Origin: Felis catus
Lineage: Eukaryota
Direction: 5' to 3'
DNA: 64,000 nt
Assembly: GCF_018350175.1 (NCBI RefSeq)
Contig: NC_058368.1
Span: 196,418,001-196,482,000 of the forward strand
Every line of letters starts with the position of its first letter. The first letter of the stretch is position 1. Of this stretch, positions 11,985 through 28,140 are shown piece after piece. A model generated the notes under the pieces. The model was not told where the DNA came from. It worked only from the letters and a program-made list of their open reading frames with translations, and did no database searches. Made by a program: the position numbers and the translations under genes.

Positions 11985-12459
11985 GTGAGCAGACCTGGGG
12001 CCTCTGTCTCCCAGGGTAACCACAGCTGGCTGGAAGGACCCAGTGAAGCTCGTCTAGATCAGCCCCTTCTCTGGGCACATTGTTCCAAGCTAGAGCCCAG
12101 TCCTAGGAGATGTGGCTTCTTGGAGATTCTCTGTATGACCTAAAGTGTCCGTTTCCTTACCTTGACTCATGATCAAATGAATGGAGCGGATTTTGCCATC
12201 CAGGGCTTTCCGTTCTGGGGTAGGAGCGCCCTCTGCCGGTCAGTCTAGGGGCCACAAGAGGAACGAGCTCAGGACCAGGCATTGGGAAGAAGCAGGAACC
12301 AGAGGGGGGTTGTCGGGCGGGGTGGGGGGCGGGCAGAGGGGTGGAGGTAAGGGGAGCCTCCTTCCACCACCGCCCTGTGGCGCTGCTTGCCTTTGGCTTC
12401 AGTTTCCCAGTCCGAAGAGGGAAGGGACTGGAAGCTGACCCGACTGGCTCTCCCGCCAG

Positions 12460-12671
12460 ATGTCCGCGCGAGCTGCCGCCCACCCCACTGGGGAACAGTT
12501 CCGAGGAGGACAGCCAGCTGGAGACTAACGTGACTTACTGGCCTGAGGATCAGGAGTTCGAGGTGGTGAGCACGCTGCGCCTGCGCCGTGTGGATCAGCC
12601 TCTGTCCGTGCGCTGCACTCTGCACAACCTGCTGGGCCACGACATGCAGGAGGTCACCGTGGTGCCACATT
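12460..12671 (+). CDS. PDGFRB: PDGFRB exon 10 (Ig5 C-part)
   Basis: [14 protein letters not shown]...[10 protein letters not shown]...VTVVPH; 212 nt. Confidence 0.97.
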
Positions 12672-14905
12672 GTGAGTCCTCCCGCCTTGGTGGCCCCTGA
12701 AGACCATTCACCCCCATCACAACCCTGCCATACTTGGATCCGTGCCTGTGAGCCCAGTGGGCTGGAGTCAGTGTGTCTGTGGGCACTCAGGAGCATTATG
12801 AAACCCACCAGAGTGTGTGCTCTTACGCACTCACACAACAACACAGTATTGGCATATGTGTGTACATCCATGGGTCTCTGATATAAATCATGGCTATAGT
12901 ATATGTACGCTGTATGCATGTCATAAGCCATGCATATGAGTAGGCCTGATCCTTGGACGCAGGTGCAAACCTTCCAAGTGTAGATTTGTAAACCACACAA
13001 TGAAGAATGCCCAACCCCCAGACACGCATGTAAAGCTGGAGTGCATGTCTGTCACCTGCCTTGTGTGTCAGCCCACCGAGTGTATGTTTATAAACCACGT
13101 ATATGAATATGCCCAATCCCCAGACACGTATATAAATCCAGGAGTGTATGTCTGTATGCACGTACGTGCGCATGCACAATCCCCGTGCAGGCGTGCAAAC
13201 AATGCATGTAGAATTCCTACGCATGTGTGCGTCTGTGTAAACATGGAGTTGCAGCACACCTTTCCGCGAGAGCATGCAAACACAATCTGCACACAGATGC
13301 CTGCTGCACAATGCACGTCTGTTAGAAGATACACAGACGTGCATGATTCTTGTCTATGTGAATAGTCTCCTCCAGTACCTGGATGCTCTTGCTCCCTGCT
13401 AGTTCCTGTGTGTGCATCCACCTGTCTGCTTGTACTTCGTTTACTCGCTCGTTTCCTTATTCAGTAAATAAGAATGGAATAGTAATCCCCAGCTTCTCAC
13501 TGGGGAAGGCCCAGCCCTGCCTGCCCTTCTAGTGCCCACAGCCCAGAGACAAGGCAGAGAAGAAAACAGACAGTCCCACTGCCGGGGTCAGTACTTTGTG
13601 GGGGAAAGCCTAGAGAGAGGAGGGGGCTCCGTGTCCAGCTATGGGATTCAGGAAAGTGTCCTGGAAAAAGGAAGCTTTAGGTCAATACCTGAAAAGATAA
13701 CCTGGGAGTTAGCTGATGAGGAATGGTGTTCCGGTAAAAAGGTATGGCCTGTGCAAGAGCCCAGAGGCACGATGGCATCAGAGAAATCTGGGCTGGAGCA
13801 CAGAGTGTGTGTGTGATTTAGGGGCTGGAGAGAGGAGACAGAGGCAAGGGAGTGGTAAAGGAGGAGCTGCAGGGGTGGGCAGAAGCCAGCGCAAGCAGAG
13901 CGTTGAGGGCTGTGTGAGGCATTTTGACAGGTCGGTGAGCTGGCCCACACATGTGTCTCCGTACGCAGAGCTGCCTCCAGCCCCCCACCCTGGGATGGGA
14001 TAGGTGGAGGTTTTCATACCTTATCTCACCCACACGCACACACATGCACACATATCCCTGAGCAAGGGGGCACCTGCCGACCAACTTGGAGCGAGACAGG
14101 AGTAAAGCTTTCATGTGCCACCTGGAGGGGAAGCTGTGAACCAGCTCATGGGGAAACGACCATGGCTGGATGAAGCCTCTTCTTTGTACTCAGATGGCTC
14201 CTTGGAAGATTCAGCCTTCCTTCCCAGGACTGCGATGTGTGACCTGGTGGGGAGAGGGAGGAGAGGAGTGATGTTGGTCTGCGACCCTGGGGAGGAAGGA
14301 CAGAGCCTCCAGGGGAGCCGAGAGGGGCAGGTGGGGGACAGAGGGGGAGGGAATGAGTTCTTCAGGGATCCCATGGGTGGCCAGTGGGTCAGGGCAGGGG
14401 GGATGAGGGTCTGGCCTGGGTGGGTGCAGAGGGAGGGGGAAAGAATGGGAAGTTGTGCAGCAAAGAGGCTGAGGCCTTAGGGAGGAGACTTGGGACTTGG
14501 GGGCCCCGAGTTAGCCCTACCTGGTTACCCCTGCTCCCTGGGGGATACACCTTATAACTACTGTCACTACCCCAATGCCACTGGGTACTCAGGGGAAGCA
14601 GAGGAGGAAACAGTCTGGATTCATCAGGTTGTGCGAGCTCAGTCACTCAGTCCATTGGCCCCTTGGTCAGGCTCTGTCCGAGCTGTGACAGCCCCGGCAA
14701 GGGCAGAGATTCAGAGGCGAGGTGAGTCTAGTCATCAGGAGCTGGCATCTAGTCTGAAGCCATGGCAGACACGTCAGGCCTGGTCAGACATGTCACACGT
14801 GGTCAGGCCAGACTGATCCTTGCAAGGGCTGAGGGATATGGGGGCCCACAGTGAGCTGAGCTACAGCTGTTACTTAGGGACGTGGGTACTTATGGGAGAG
14901 GCTGA

Positions 14906-15202
<297 letters not shown>

Positions 15203-15966
15203 TAAACTATTTTCTTTTCTTTCTTTCTTTTTTTTTTTTTTTTTTTTTTGCACGGAGGCCCCTGCCATCCTTGAATGTTACAGGATCTGTCCACGTCCCA
15301 GCCCAGCACACAGGGCAGGTGTAAAATGATATAGAACGGCACCGGTGTCCGAGCTGCCTCCACCCCCAGCAGCAAGGGCCATCTCAGGCCTGGTCCAGGC
15401 CATCCGGGGTTCCCTGCCCCTGCTCTGCCCTCCTGGGTCTTACTTGGACATCAGCCACAGGGCAAGGCACTTTCTGGGTGGACCGTGGACTCCAGAATTC
15501 TTCCACCTCTCACCCCCAGAGACTCCCAGGATTCTAATGAAACATGTTCACGTCCTATTAACCTGTAATTTCAATGCCCTGTTCTGTGGCTTCATTATTC
15601 TACGATCCCAACGTTTTAAGATTCCCGAGTTAAGATTGCCGCACCCATGATTCTATCATTCTATGATTCCAATCCTGTGATTCCAACATGCTATGATTTC
15701 GACATTCTAAGCTTACATCCTTCTGAGATTCCCACTGCGAGTGACCCAGCATGGGGAGGGGCTGTCCATACCCAGCCGAGTGCCCCTAGCTTGTGTCCAT
15801 TTCCGGGGCTGCCTGCTCTTCTATGCCCATCTGGGGAGCAGCCAATGCTCTGGGAGAAGCTGGTGAAGAGGTTCTGATGAGCCGGGCCCTTGGCCGTTAG
15901 CCCCTCTTCAGCCACTGCCCAGCTAAGGCCTGTTGTCACCTGTTCTCACTGAGCCCACGGAGCTGA

Positions 15967-16269
<303 letters not shown>

Positions 16270-16785
16270 TAGTCGTGGAGCAGTTTGGGTACTTGAGGTG
16301 GGGGGGAAGACTGTCTGAGGTGTGGTTCAGCCTTGCCATGACTAGCTTTGAGACCTAGGGCTGCTGTCCTGCCTTCTCTGGCCCTCAGTGTCCCCGCCGC
16401 CATATAATGGGCAAGGTGGTCCCCTAGGGACCGTTCAGCATTGAGGTCCTATGATCCTGTGCCTTTGTGAGCTAGGAGACCTTTGTGGCGAGAGAGGAAG
16501 TATTCATCGAAGACAGTCTGCATGCCAGGCCTGTGCTTAGTCTAGCTGGAGAGGGTGAGGCATACAGAGGAGCTGAGCACCCTTCTGGGGTGGGAAGAAG
16601 GCTTCCAGGAACAAAAGATGGTCCAGAAAGCAGGCAGAACTTAGATGAGACACCAGGAAGGCCTGCCAAACACTGAGGTCTTATCTTAGGAGACTCCTTT
16701 AGGGGAACACCTTAAGTCCAGGTGGCTTGGGGGATTGACCTCAGAGAGGATGGGGTATGCCGTTTCCTGGTGGGCCAGGAGCTGA

Positions 16786-17061
<276 letters not shown>

Positions 17062-17240
17062 TAAGAGGCTTCCTCATTCTGCCCCCTCCTCCTGGCACCT
17101 CCTTCCCTCCCTGACCGTCCTCCCATCCTCTTTCTCCTCCCCCTGCACGTGGGTCCTCACCACCCTCGGCCATCTGGGTCTTCCAGCATGGGGTGGGGCA
17201 GAAGGGCCTCCTTGGGGCCTCGGTGACAGGGCAGGCCTGA

Positions 17241-17840
<600 letters not shown>

Positions 17841-18654
17841 AGGTCCTCTGACATTTTAAAATTTTCACAATACATTTTACAAACTGATCAATCACGGCCC
17901 CTGTGAGGTGAGTTATATCCCTACAATTGGAGGCCACCAGCATGCTGATTGGCAGTGGCTTTCATTCAGATCACAGAATAAAGCCTCTCTAGCCAGTGTG
18001 TTTATTTGAAGCTCTGATTGCAAGTTAGGCTGTAAAAAAAAAAAAAAAAAAGAAAAGAAAAAAAAATGTTATGGTTGTTTGCAGCTGCTTATTGTGAGAT
18101 TTGGAATTTTCCTCAGTATTGTGCAACCAAAATAAAATACAGAAGTACATTGCGTACATAGGCCAATTTATGTCCGCAAGATCACCCATTTCAAAATTTT
18201 TGTTTTCATCAATATCTTCCCGTTCCCGCTGATTGGCTTCAAGTAAATGTGTTGTATTTAAATTGATCCAATAACCTGATAATAAATAGTTGCCTTGATT
18301 TCCTTTATATACGGGGCTCCAGAATAAGTTGGTGATATGTACCACTGTGTACTTGCCATGTGCCGGGCCCTGAGCCGCGCCGACGAAGGCGTTACCTTAT
18401 GAACATTCAGGACAGCCCTTGGAGGTGGGTGCGGTTAGCCCCATTTAACAGATGGGGAAAGTGAAGCTCAGGGAGAATAAGTACCTCGCTCATGGTCGCG
18501 GAGGCGGGAAGAGAACCCAGGTTCACCTGGTGCCAAAGCCTCTCGGCCGTCTTACCCGACTGCCTTCCCGACGTGCAGCTGGTGGTCGGCCTCAGGGTCC
18601 CGATGGGAAGTCTGTGGCCCCCCGGGGACTGTTGCTGAGCCTGTGCCCCCCTAG

Positions 18655-18814
18655 GACCCATCTACATCATCACGGAGTACTGCCGCTACGGTGACCTGGT
18701 GGACTACCTTCACCGCAACAAGCACACCTTTCTGCAGCGCTGCTCTGACAAGCGCCGCCCGCCCAGCGCCGAGCTCTACAGCAACGCCCTGCCCGCGGGG
18801 CTCCCTCTGCCCAG
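18655..18814 (+). CDS. PDGFRB: PDGFRB exon 15 (hinge, start of kinase insert)
   Basis: [26 protein letters not shown]...ELYSNALP; 160 nt. Confidence 0.98.
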
Positions 18815-19872
18815 GTACCAAAGGAGGCCGGGGACCCGAATCTTCTGGGAGCCCCGAGGAGCACCTGCTCGCTCCCTCCTGGCTGGGGCGGAAGCCGAGG
18901 CCAGGGTGGGCAGACAGGGTGTAGGAGCCCAGGCTGTTTCACGCACGGGTCAGTCTGGGACCCGGGGCTTGGCCTCCCCCGGACCTGGCTCATCACTCTG
19001 GTGATGGTGTTGGTGGGATCGGCTGCCACCTACGGACTGCCTACAGGGGTCCCGCCCTGGGCTGGGCACTCTCTGTGGATGTGACCCCTCGGCCCCTCCC
19101 TCTGTGTCGTGACACCCTCTCCTTTCACGGTGAGCACCTGGGGCTCTCCGGTCCCAGGCCCGACTCCCATCGCAACGCATGGTGCTCTGCACCCTGCTGG
19201 GCACACCAGTCTCTAGCACGCAGTCTCTGGTGTGCGGTGTCCCGTGGGCAATGCAGCGTCTTTCTTCTTCTTTTCCAAAAGTAACTTTTCCTACTTCTGC
19301 TGATGACAACAGCAAGATGGATTTATTGCAGAGACAAGCATAACTTCAGAAAATCCTTAAAAGACATTACGGCTCACCCCTGTCCTCCCCAACATTTGAT
19401 CGATTTCCTTCCGGTCTTTGGTCTACCTCTAGAGACACGTGTATACGCAGTCCCATAGCTCTCTGGGGAGCAGGTGCTGCAGGGAATTAGGGCAATTCCC
19501 GCCGCCTCTGGGCTGTGGCTGGGGCCTCCCAGGGCATCACGGCTGGATGGTGTCACAGAAAGGCACCTGCTTCATGCTCTTCTTATGACCCTCATGCTGG
19601 GGTGCTGTGATCATGCCTACGTGTGAGCTCCCTAAGGACACACACTGGGTCTTGTGTCCTCTTAGCACCCTAGTGCCCAGCTTAGGGCCCCATGGGCTGG
19701 CTGAGAGAGCTCACTGCGTGGCCATTCAAGTTGTGACTAGCTGAAGGAGGATGAGTGGAAAGAAGAAATCCCTGAGTGATAGCGCCCAGTGGGCCCTGGG
19801 GGCGAGCAGGGGCGGGAAGGGAAGGAAAAGGACAGCCTGTGGCTCCTCCTGGGATGTTCCTCTCTCCCCCAG

Positions 19873-20033
19873 CCACGTGTCCCTGCCTGGGGAGAGTGAC
19901 GGCGGCTACATGGACATGAGCAAGGACGAGTCGGTGGACTACGTGCCCATGCTGGACATGAAAGGAGGAATCAAATATGCAGACATCGAGTCCTCCAGCT
20001 ACGTGGCCCCTTATGACAACTACGTCCCTACAG
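19873..20033 (+). CDS. PDGFRB: PDGFRB exon 16 (kinase insert; PI3K-binding YMDM and YVPM)
   Basis: [30 protein letters not shown]...YDNYVPT; 161 nt. Confidence 0.98.
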
Positions 20034-20528
20034 GTGGGTGCACGCCTATGCACCGCCCCCTTGCCTATGTAATCATGCTTTCTTATCACAGCCTTTCTTA
20101 CTGGGAGGAAGGTGGCCTTGTACCCATTTCATAGATGCAGAAACCGAGGTTAGCCACCTGCCCAAAGCTGTCCCGTGGTGGAGCCCCATCGGGAGCCTCT
20201 GTTTCTGGATCCAGCAGGGAGGAGTTGGGTTGGAGGAGTACATGGCCTCCTGGGGTGCTGGCACACCACAGGCACAAGGCTGACCCAGTGTCCTTGAGAA
20301 GCGGGCAGGTCAGGCTGAGAAAAGGTGGCCTAGGCCTCGGGCTAATGCCAAAGGCTTTTCCAGCCAATGAGAGCACTGATAAGGTAGGAGAGGTTTACAT
20401 TAGATATTTGGCAATTGTTTTCCTTTTGCGGGAGACTTAGAGGGTTAGTAGTTACCTGTATTGGACATTCGGCCTCGGTGAATAAAAGGGCGGGGGTTCT
20501 GTGGACCATGTGGAGACACAGACAGTAA

Positions 20529-20867
<339 letters not shown>

Positions 20868-20930
20868 TGACGGGGAGGTCTTCTCCTACAACTGCCCCCA
20901 AGGCCTCAGCTCCCATCTCCCCCAACCTAG

Positions 20931-21230
<300 letters not shown>

Positions 21231-21765
21231 TGAGCCCAGGGCTCAGATTCACTGGTCACGACAGCGGGGGAGGGACCAGCTGTAATGGGTTTTGGGAAGA
21301 GGGAAGCAGGTCAAGTGTATATTTGGTGACCATTCTGCCTGCCACTCATGTTCCCACTTTCCATAAGGGGACAGTGAACCCCACAGATGGAGGGTCTCTA
21401 GACCCAAGAGATCTAAGGCAGCCGGGTGAGAGCTGGGTGGCACCTTGGCATGTCCCTGGCTCCCCTGCTGTCTGCCAACCTGGCCAGGGCCTCTACTGGG
21501 ATCAGGAAGAAGGGCCGTTCTGTCAGAGGCCTCAGACCCTGGGGCTCCTCCTTAGGGTAGAGGCTGCCATGTGACCAGCTTGTAGGTGAAAAAACATGGC
21601 CTTCTGATCCTCTGGCCAGCACTGGGATGAGTGTGGGATCTGTGTGCCTGCAGAGGCGGGCTCTCAGGGTCTGGGGAGTAAGGCGCGGGGGCCTTACTAA
21701 GTAAGGAGGCCAGACCTCCTCCCCTTGCCCAGGCACAGAGTGGGGCTTGACCTCCTGGTACTTAG

Positions 21766-22044
<279 letters not shown>

Positions 22045-22273
22045 TGAGCTTGGCAAGTCCCTTGTCTTCCCTGGGTCTCTTTACCTCCCCATCTCTCGAG
22101 GGGTCTGGAAGTGACATCAAAAAGTCTATTTGACTCTGGCGTTCTCTGGTTCTCTGATTCTGGCGGTGCTGGTCATCTCTGTCCAGAGCCTCTACGAGAG
22201 CCACATCTCCCAGTGCCGAGGCCACCACACCCTCGCCCGCTCGAGGGCTGGTGTGCCTCTCCCTGTGCCATAG

Positions 22274-22441
<168 letters not shown>

Positions 22442-22564
22442 TGAGTGGAGCCTTTGGGAGGGTTTTTTGGGGGGGTACAAACCATAGATGTCCAATGTTG
22501 CCAGCTTAAGGTGAAAATAGATTAGTTCAGGGAGCTAGAAAAACCTTGCTATAGCTGTATCTAG

Positions 22565-23146
<582 letters not shown>

Positions 23147-23864
23147 TGAGGGACCACCCTGTATCCTCTTGGGCCTCAGTTTCCCTGCTGGTACTAGTAC
23201 GGGATGGGCTGGAGCTATGAGTGGAATTTATTTTAGCAGCACAGAGGTTTTTGAGATGACGTCCTGCTTGGAAGTCGATGCCTACAGCCCCCTTCATCCT
23301 GCTCCCTTTTCATGTCTCTGCACCCATGCCATGGCCTGGGTCTCCTTCAGAAGTCTGAACAACCCCAGGCTCCATGTCTGCTAAGGGCCAGACCGCTTGG
23401 ACCCTGATGCGGGCTCATTTGAGGCCAATGAAGCCAGTAGGGCCTGTCCACCAGAGGGAGTTACAGGGAGGGGTGATGCACGCTCCCTGTCCCCTGTCCG
23501 TTCCTAACCACACTCCCCCCCATGTCTTGTCCCAGCTCAGCGCCCGGTGAGATGGAGTGGGTTGTCACCATTCAGTAGTTAGGGAAACTGAGGCCCCACT
23601 GAAGGAGGTTGAGGCGGGGGGAGAGCCCACACCTGTCTACTCCGAAGTAGGGGCAGTGTGAGGGTCACGGGCACTAGTTTGCAGACTGCCCCCTCCCTGG
23701 GGGGCCCTGAGCTCACCTGATCTTGTGAGATGCCAGGTGGGAGAGCCTCCCGGCTGTGAGGCGTTGGGTAGGTCTCCTTCCTCTCTGAGCACCAGTTGCC
23801 TTAGGCAGGAGGGGCCAGGTCAGAGTCTCATGCTAGATGATCCCCACGGGCGTTTCTGATCTGA

Positions 23865-24137
<273 letters not shown>

Positions 24138-24169
24138 TAGCCACTGTGGCCTGAGGCCCAAGGCAATAG

Positions 24170-24175
<6 letters not shown>

Positions 24176-24201
<26 letters not shown>
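24176..24201. repeat. (GT)n microsatellite
   Basis: About 13 units, 40 bp into PDGFRB intron 22. Confidence 0.95.
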
Positions 24202-25261
24202 TCATGCCGTCAGGCTTGCCTTAGAAGTAAGCTACCTAGGGTGAGCACTTGTTCCTGCCAGTGAGTAGAAGAGAGAACTGAACTCATCTGACCTTTGATG
24301 ACCTCAGGAGGAAAGGGCAGGCTGGTAAGAGACAGAAGGGCTAGGGCTTAGCTGCAAGGTAGCTGTTTCCTGAAAAGTGGCCCCCACGGGCCATCCACCC
24401 TCTCGTCCTATCCAGGCCCTAAGGAGAGGTAGGAAATCTAATCGGCATCCCCGGCACCCTGTGTATCACTCTGGGGTCATCGCCAGCCCTGGCCTCTGCT
24501 CTGTTCTCCAGGACCATGGCCCGAGGGCCCCCGGGAGCCTGGCGTGGTTGTGGGAGGCATAGTGCCCACAGGAACTGAGGTCAGAATTCAGGCTAGGAAG
24601 GAGATTCACATTTTGCTTTTGCCTTGAGATGTGGTGAAGTTACAGTAGGGGTGGGGGCATGGTTGGAAGAAGGCCCAGCCATTGCCTGGACTTCATGTTC
24701 CGACAGGATCTTCCCTCAGCTGGAGAGGAGTGTCCCCCGTGAGGCCAGACCCACCCCCAAAACCAGATCCCCCCCTCTGGTGCAGTGGCAGCGACCGCAG
24801 GCTGGGTTTCAGCTCCAGCTCTGCCCCCAGCCGCCCTGAGACCCATCTCCCACGGGCGCTGGGAGCACACACAAGATCTAGAAGGCCCTCCACACCTTCC
24901 GTAAGAAGCAAATGTTCCAAGGCTCCTGGTAGCTAGTGTGCAGAGGAGTTAAGCTCAGAGTTCAGACACCTTGAGGTGTGAATGCTGGCCCTGCGATGTG
25001 CCCTCAGACAAGCTGCCTCCACTTTCTGAGCCTCAGTTTCCTCAACTATAAAATGAAAACGGTAGCACACGTCTATTTGGAGGTTGCTGAAGGATCCAAT
25101 GGGATCAGCTTCAGGAGTGCAGGGAATGGAGTTGCTGGTGAGGGAGGAACGAGCTTTGGAGCTAACTGGATATTCTGCTCCAAAGTCTCACTGTGTGATG
25201 TCGGCTACTGACACAACCTCTCTGAGCAGCCCTTCCCTCATGGTGCCTATCTTATGTAGTC

Positions 25262-25504
25262 TTTTTTTTTTTTCTTTTTAAGAATTTTTTAATGTTTATT
25301 TAGTTTTGAGAGAGAGAGAGAGAGAGACACAAAGCGTGAGTGGGGGAGGGGCAGAGAGAGAGGGAGACACAGAATCCGAAGCAGGCTCCAGGCTCTGAGC
25401 TGTCAGCACAGAGCCCGACGCGGGGCTCGAACTCACGGACCGTGAGATCATGACATGAGCCGAAGTCAGATGCTTAACCGACCCTTAAGCCACCCAGGCG
25501 TCCC
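25262..25504 (-). mobile_element. CAN-SINE in PDGFRB intron 22
   Basis: Full tRNA-like head, (CT)n, tail; 15-bp TSD tcttatgtagtcttt at 25250 and 25505. Confidence 0.95.
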
Positions 25505-25650
25505 TCTTATGTAGTCTTTACAAGGCTTCAATGAACTAAAGGGTGTCAGGTGCATGGTGCAAGCTTGCACCCACAGGAAGCTCTTGATTATTGCTGTTAT
25601 CTTACTCCGGCTCCCTCTCAGCCCCTCACACGTGTGCCTTCTCTTCCTAG

Positions 25651-25822
25651 CTCCACCCTGAATGAAGTCAACACCTCCTCTACCATCTCCTGCGACAGCC
25701 CCCTGGAACCCCAAGAGGAGCCAGAGCCAGAGCCCCAGCTCGAGCCCCAGGTGGAGCCAGAGCCACCACTGGATTCATGTTGCCCTGGGCCTCGGGCCGA
25801 GGCGGAGGACAGCTTCCTGTAG
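25651..25822 (+). CDS. PDGFRB: PDGFRB exon 23 coding part, ending in PDZ-binding DSFL-stop
   Basis: tag|[35 protein letters not shown]...EAEDSFL TAG. Confidence 0.97.
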
Positions 25823-27660
25823 GGGGCTGGCCCCACCTCGCCCTGCCTGGAGCTCCCCCTCTACCTCCCAGCACCCAGCGCCTCCCGGCCTGGCCTGGCC
25901 TCCCATCAGCTGTCCCTTTCTAGAAAGCTTTTGCCGTGGGCATGTGGCACCCAACCGCTGGGGCTGGCTTAGGAGGCAAGAGGACTGCAGGGGCCGTGAC
26001 TAGCCCTCTGCCTCTGGGGAGGCCATGTGACTGGGGGCCAGGGTTCTCCCAGGGCACTTAGTTTCTCCATCTACAGGATGGGAAAGCCGGGCTCGGTGAC
26101 GCAGAATCTGGGATTCTCTCCCTGGCTGACAGGTGGGGAGGCTGGAATCACTAGAGAGAGTCTCGAGGTTCCGGAGGGGGGGAATTAGCTTTTTTCTGTT
26201 CAGCCAGCTACGCCTCAAGGAGCTGTAGCCTTCTCCTTGCACTTTCATCCACCTAAGAGCTGGGGAAGGGACTCTGGCATCCCCGGCTCCTGGTGAGCCG
26301 GGGCCCAGCCTTGGACGGTGGTGTTCATCCAGAAGCCACCGCCCCTTAATGCCAGTCTCCACTTTCCCAGGCCCAAGCTGGTCTGGGGCCATCCACGCTT
26401 AATGCTGGGGGCTGAGCCAAGTACAGGACACCCGGGCCCACAGCTGCTGTCCCAGGCACTTGGGACACACCTCCCCATACAAAGTGCCCACGTTCGTGTC
26501 TTCCTGGCCCCCTAAGTGCGGGGGTCTTTTTCCTTGTCACCACCAGTCTTACTTCACCCACCAGAGTCTCCGGGGCCAGGTGGGCCCCACATCTGTGATG
26601 AGCGTGCTGGTGGGCCCGCCAGAGACGTCCACACGTGTGGATCAGGCTGCGCATTGGACTCGACATGGGACCCTGGAGGGATCCCTCACCCTGTCCGGAC
26701 CTGTTTGCCCTATTGAAAGATGAGCAAGGTGGACTCTGTGACTTCCAGTGCCCTGCCAGCACGAACATTCTAGAGTATTCCAGGGGGTGGCACGCTTGCC
26801 CAGATGAAGCAAAGCCAAACGCCCCAAACCTCCGTCCTGGGCATCAGCTGGGGTCTTGGGGAGATTTCAGACCCTGCCTCACTCTCCGGGCATTCAGGAA
26901 CCGTGCCCTTTCCCCAGGGCCCCGGGCAAGTCCCAAAAGGCCAGCTGGCCAGGTCTTGACTCGAAGTGACAGCCAGTGTCTTGGAAAGCCCCCAGCAGCT
27001 GCCCCATGGGAAGACTACAGAACCCCTTTCAGGCTCACAACCACCTCTGGAGCCTTCCTGAACAAAGGAGGCAGAGAGGGCAAAGCAGACCACCTCATGC
27101 AGTCTGCCTCTCCAGCACCTGACCGGGTCTGTGCCACAGACATAATGGACAGTGAGGAGTCCGGGGGTCCCCCAGAAAGGACAAGAAGGCTTTCTAGGGA
27201 ACCTGAGAAGGGGTGCAAGAGGCAGATATTTTGGGGGTTTCCTTCTCACCCACCAGCTGCCCGGTCCCCAAGGGAGTAACTGTGGGGTATGGCTTTGTCA
27301 CTGCCCAGGCCCGCTCACTGTACTCTCTCTTCCAGCCACGCCCCAACCCAGGGGGCATTGGAGGTGCCAGGGGAGCGAGGGCTGCAGCCAAGACTGTTGG
27401 CAGGAAGAGAGCTGGAAGTGGGGGGAGGGCAGCCTAGCAGCCCCCGGGCACCAGCCCCCTCTGCCCATCCAGGAGATGGAGTGGGTTCTCACTACGGTAC
27501 CAAAGATGTAATCACCTAGGTTTACAAGTATTTTTAGGACTCACATTAACTCACATTTATACAGCAGAAGTGCTATTTTATATGCCATCAAATTTTCTTA
27601 TCTGTGTACTTTTTTTTTAAGGGAAAGATTTTAATATTAAACCTGGTGCTTCTCACTCAT
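25823..27660 (+). other. PDGFRB: PDGFRB 3'UTR (about 1.8 kb)
   Basis: Runs from the stop to an AU-rich terminal block with ATTAAA, followed by GU-rich sequence; the end resembles my recollection of the human mRNA 3' end. Confidence 0.8.
27636..27641 (+). terminator. PDGFRB polyadenylation signal ATTAAA
   Basis: ATTAAA after a U-rich tract, CA dinucleotides 14-18 nt downstream, then GU-rich ttcgtggtct/gggtttgggt. Confidence 0.8.
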
Positions 27661-28140
27661 GGACTTCGTGGTCTCTCACGGGTTTGGGTCCCTGTGCCGG
27701 GAGGTGACAGATGTGAAATGGGGCGAACGGGGCTGATCCCGGGCCACAGCGTCCCCACACAGGGTCCTTCAGTTCTGGGTCTCATTTCCATCTGTAAAAT
27801 GGGGATTTTCACACTCCCTCCACCCCTTGCTAGCAGCCGGATGGCCTGGACCTTGGGCTTTGGTTTTCCAAGGTGTGAAATGAAAAGGTTCTTCCGGCTC
27901 TGCAGGGCCTGGCCCTGGGACCAGCTGGACTGTTCACAGGCTCATGTGGAGAAATCTGAGTCCCTCCCGCGTCCCCCACCCCACCCCACCATGTGCTTTG
28001 GCTTTGGCTGTTAAGCTGGGACACCCCCTGCCCTCCCCTCCACTCCGCCCGCAGCCCAGGCTGGTGTGGCTCGAGAGAGGCATCGGCTCCAGCCCAGATT
28101 CCAGGCCCCGGTGAGTTAGCGATTGGGTCTCAAGTGGGAG

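Noticed and set aside
12269..13000. 243-aa antisense ORF, the longest in the track
   Set aside because: It is the antisense of exon 10 plus a low-complexity CA/TG tract, with no independent gene signals.
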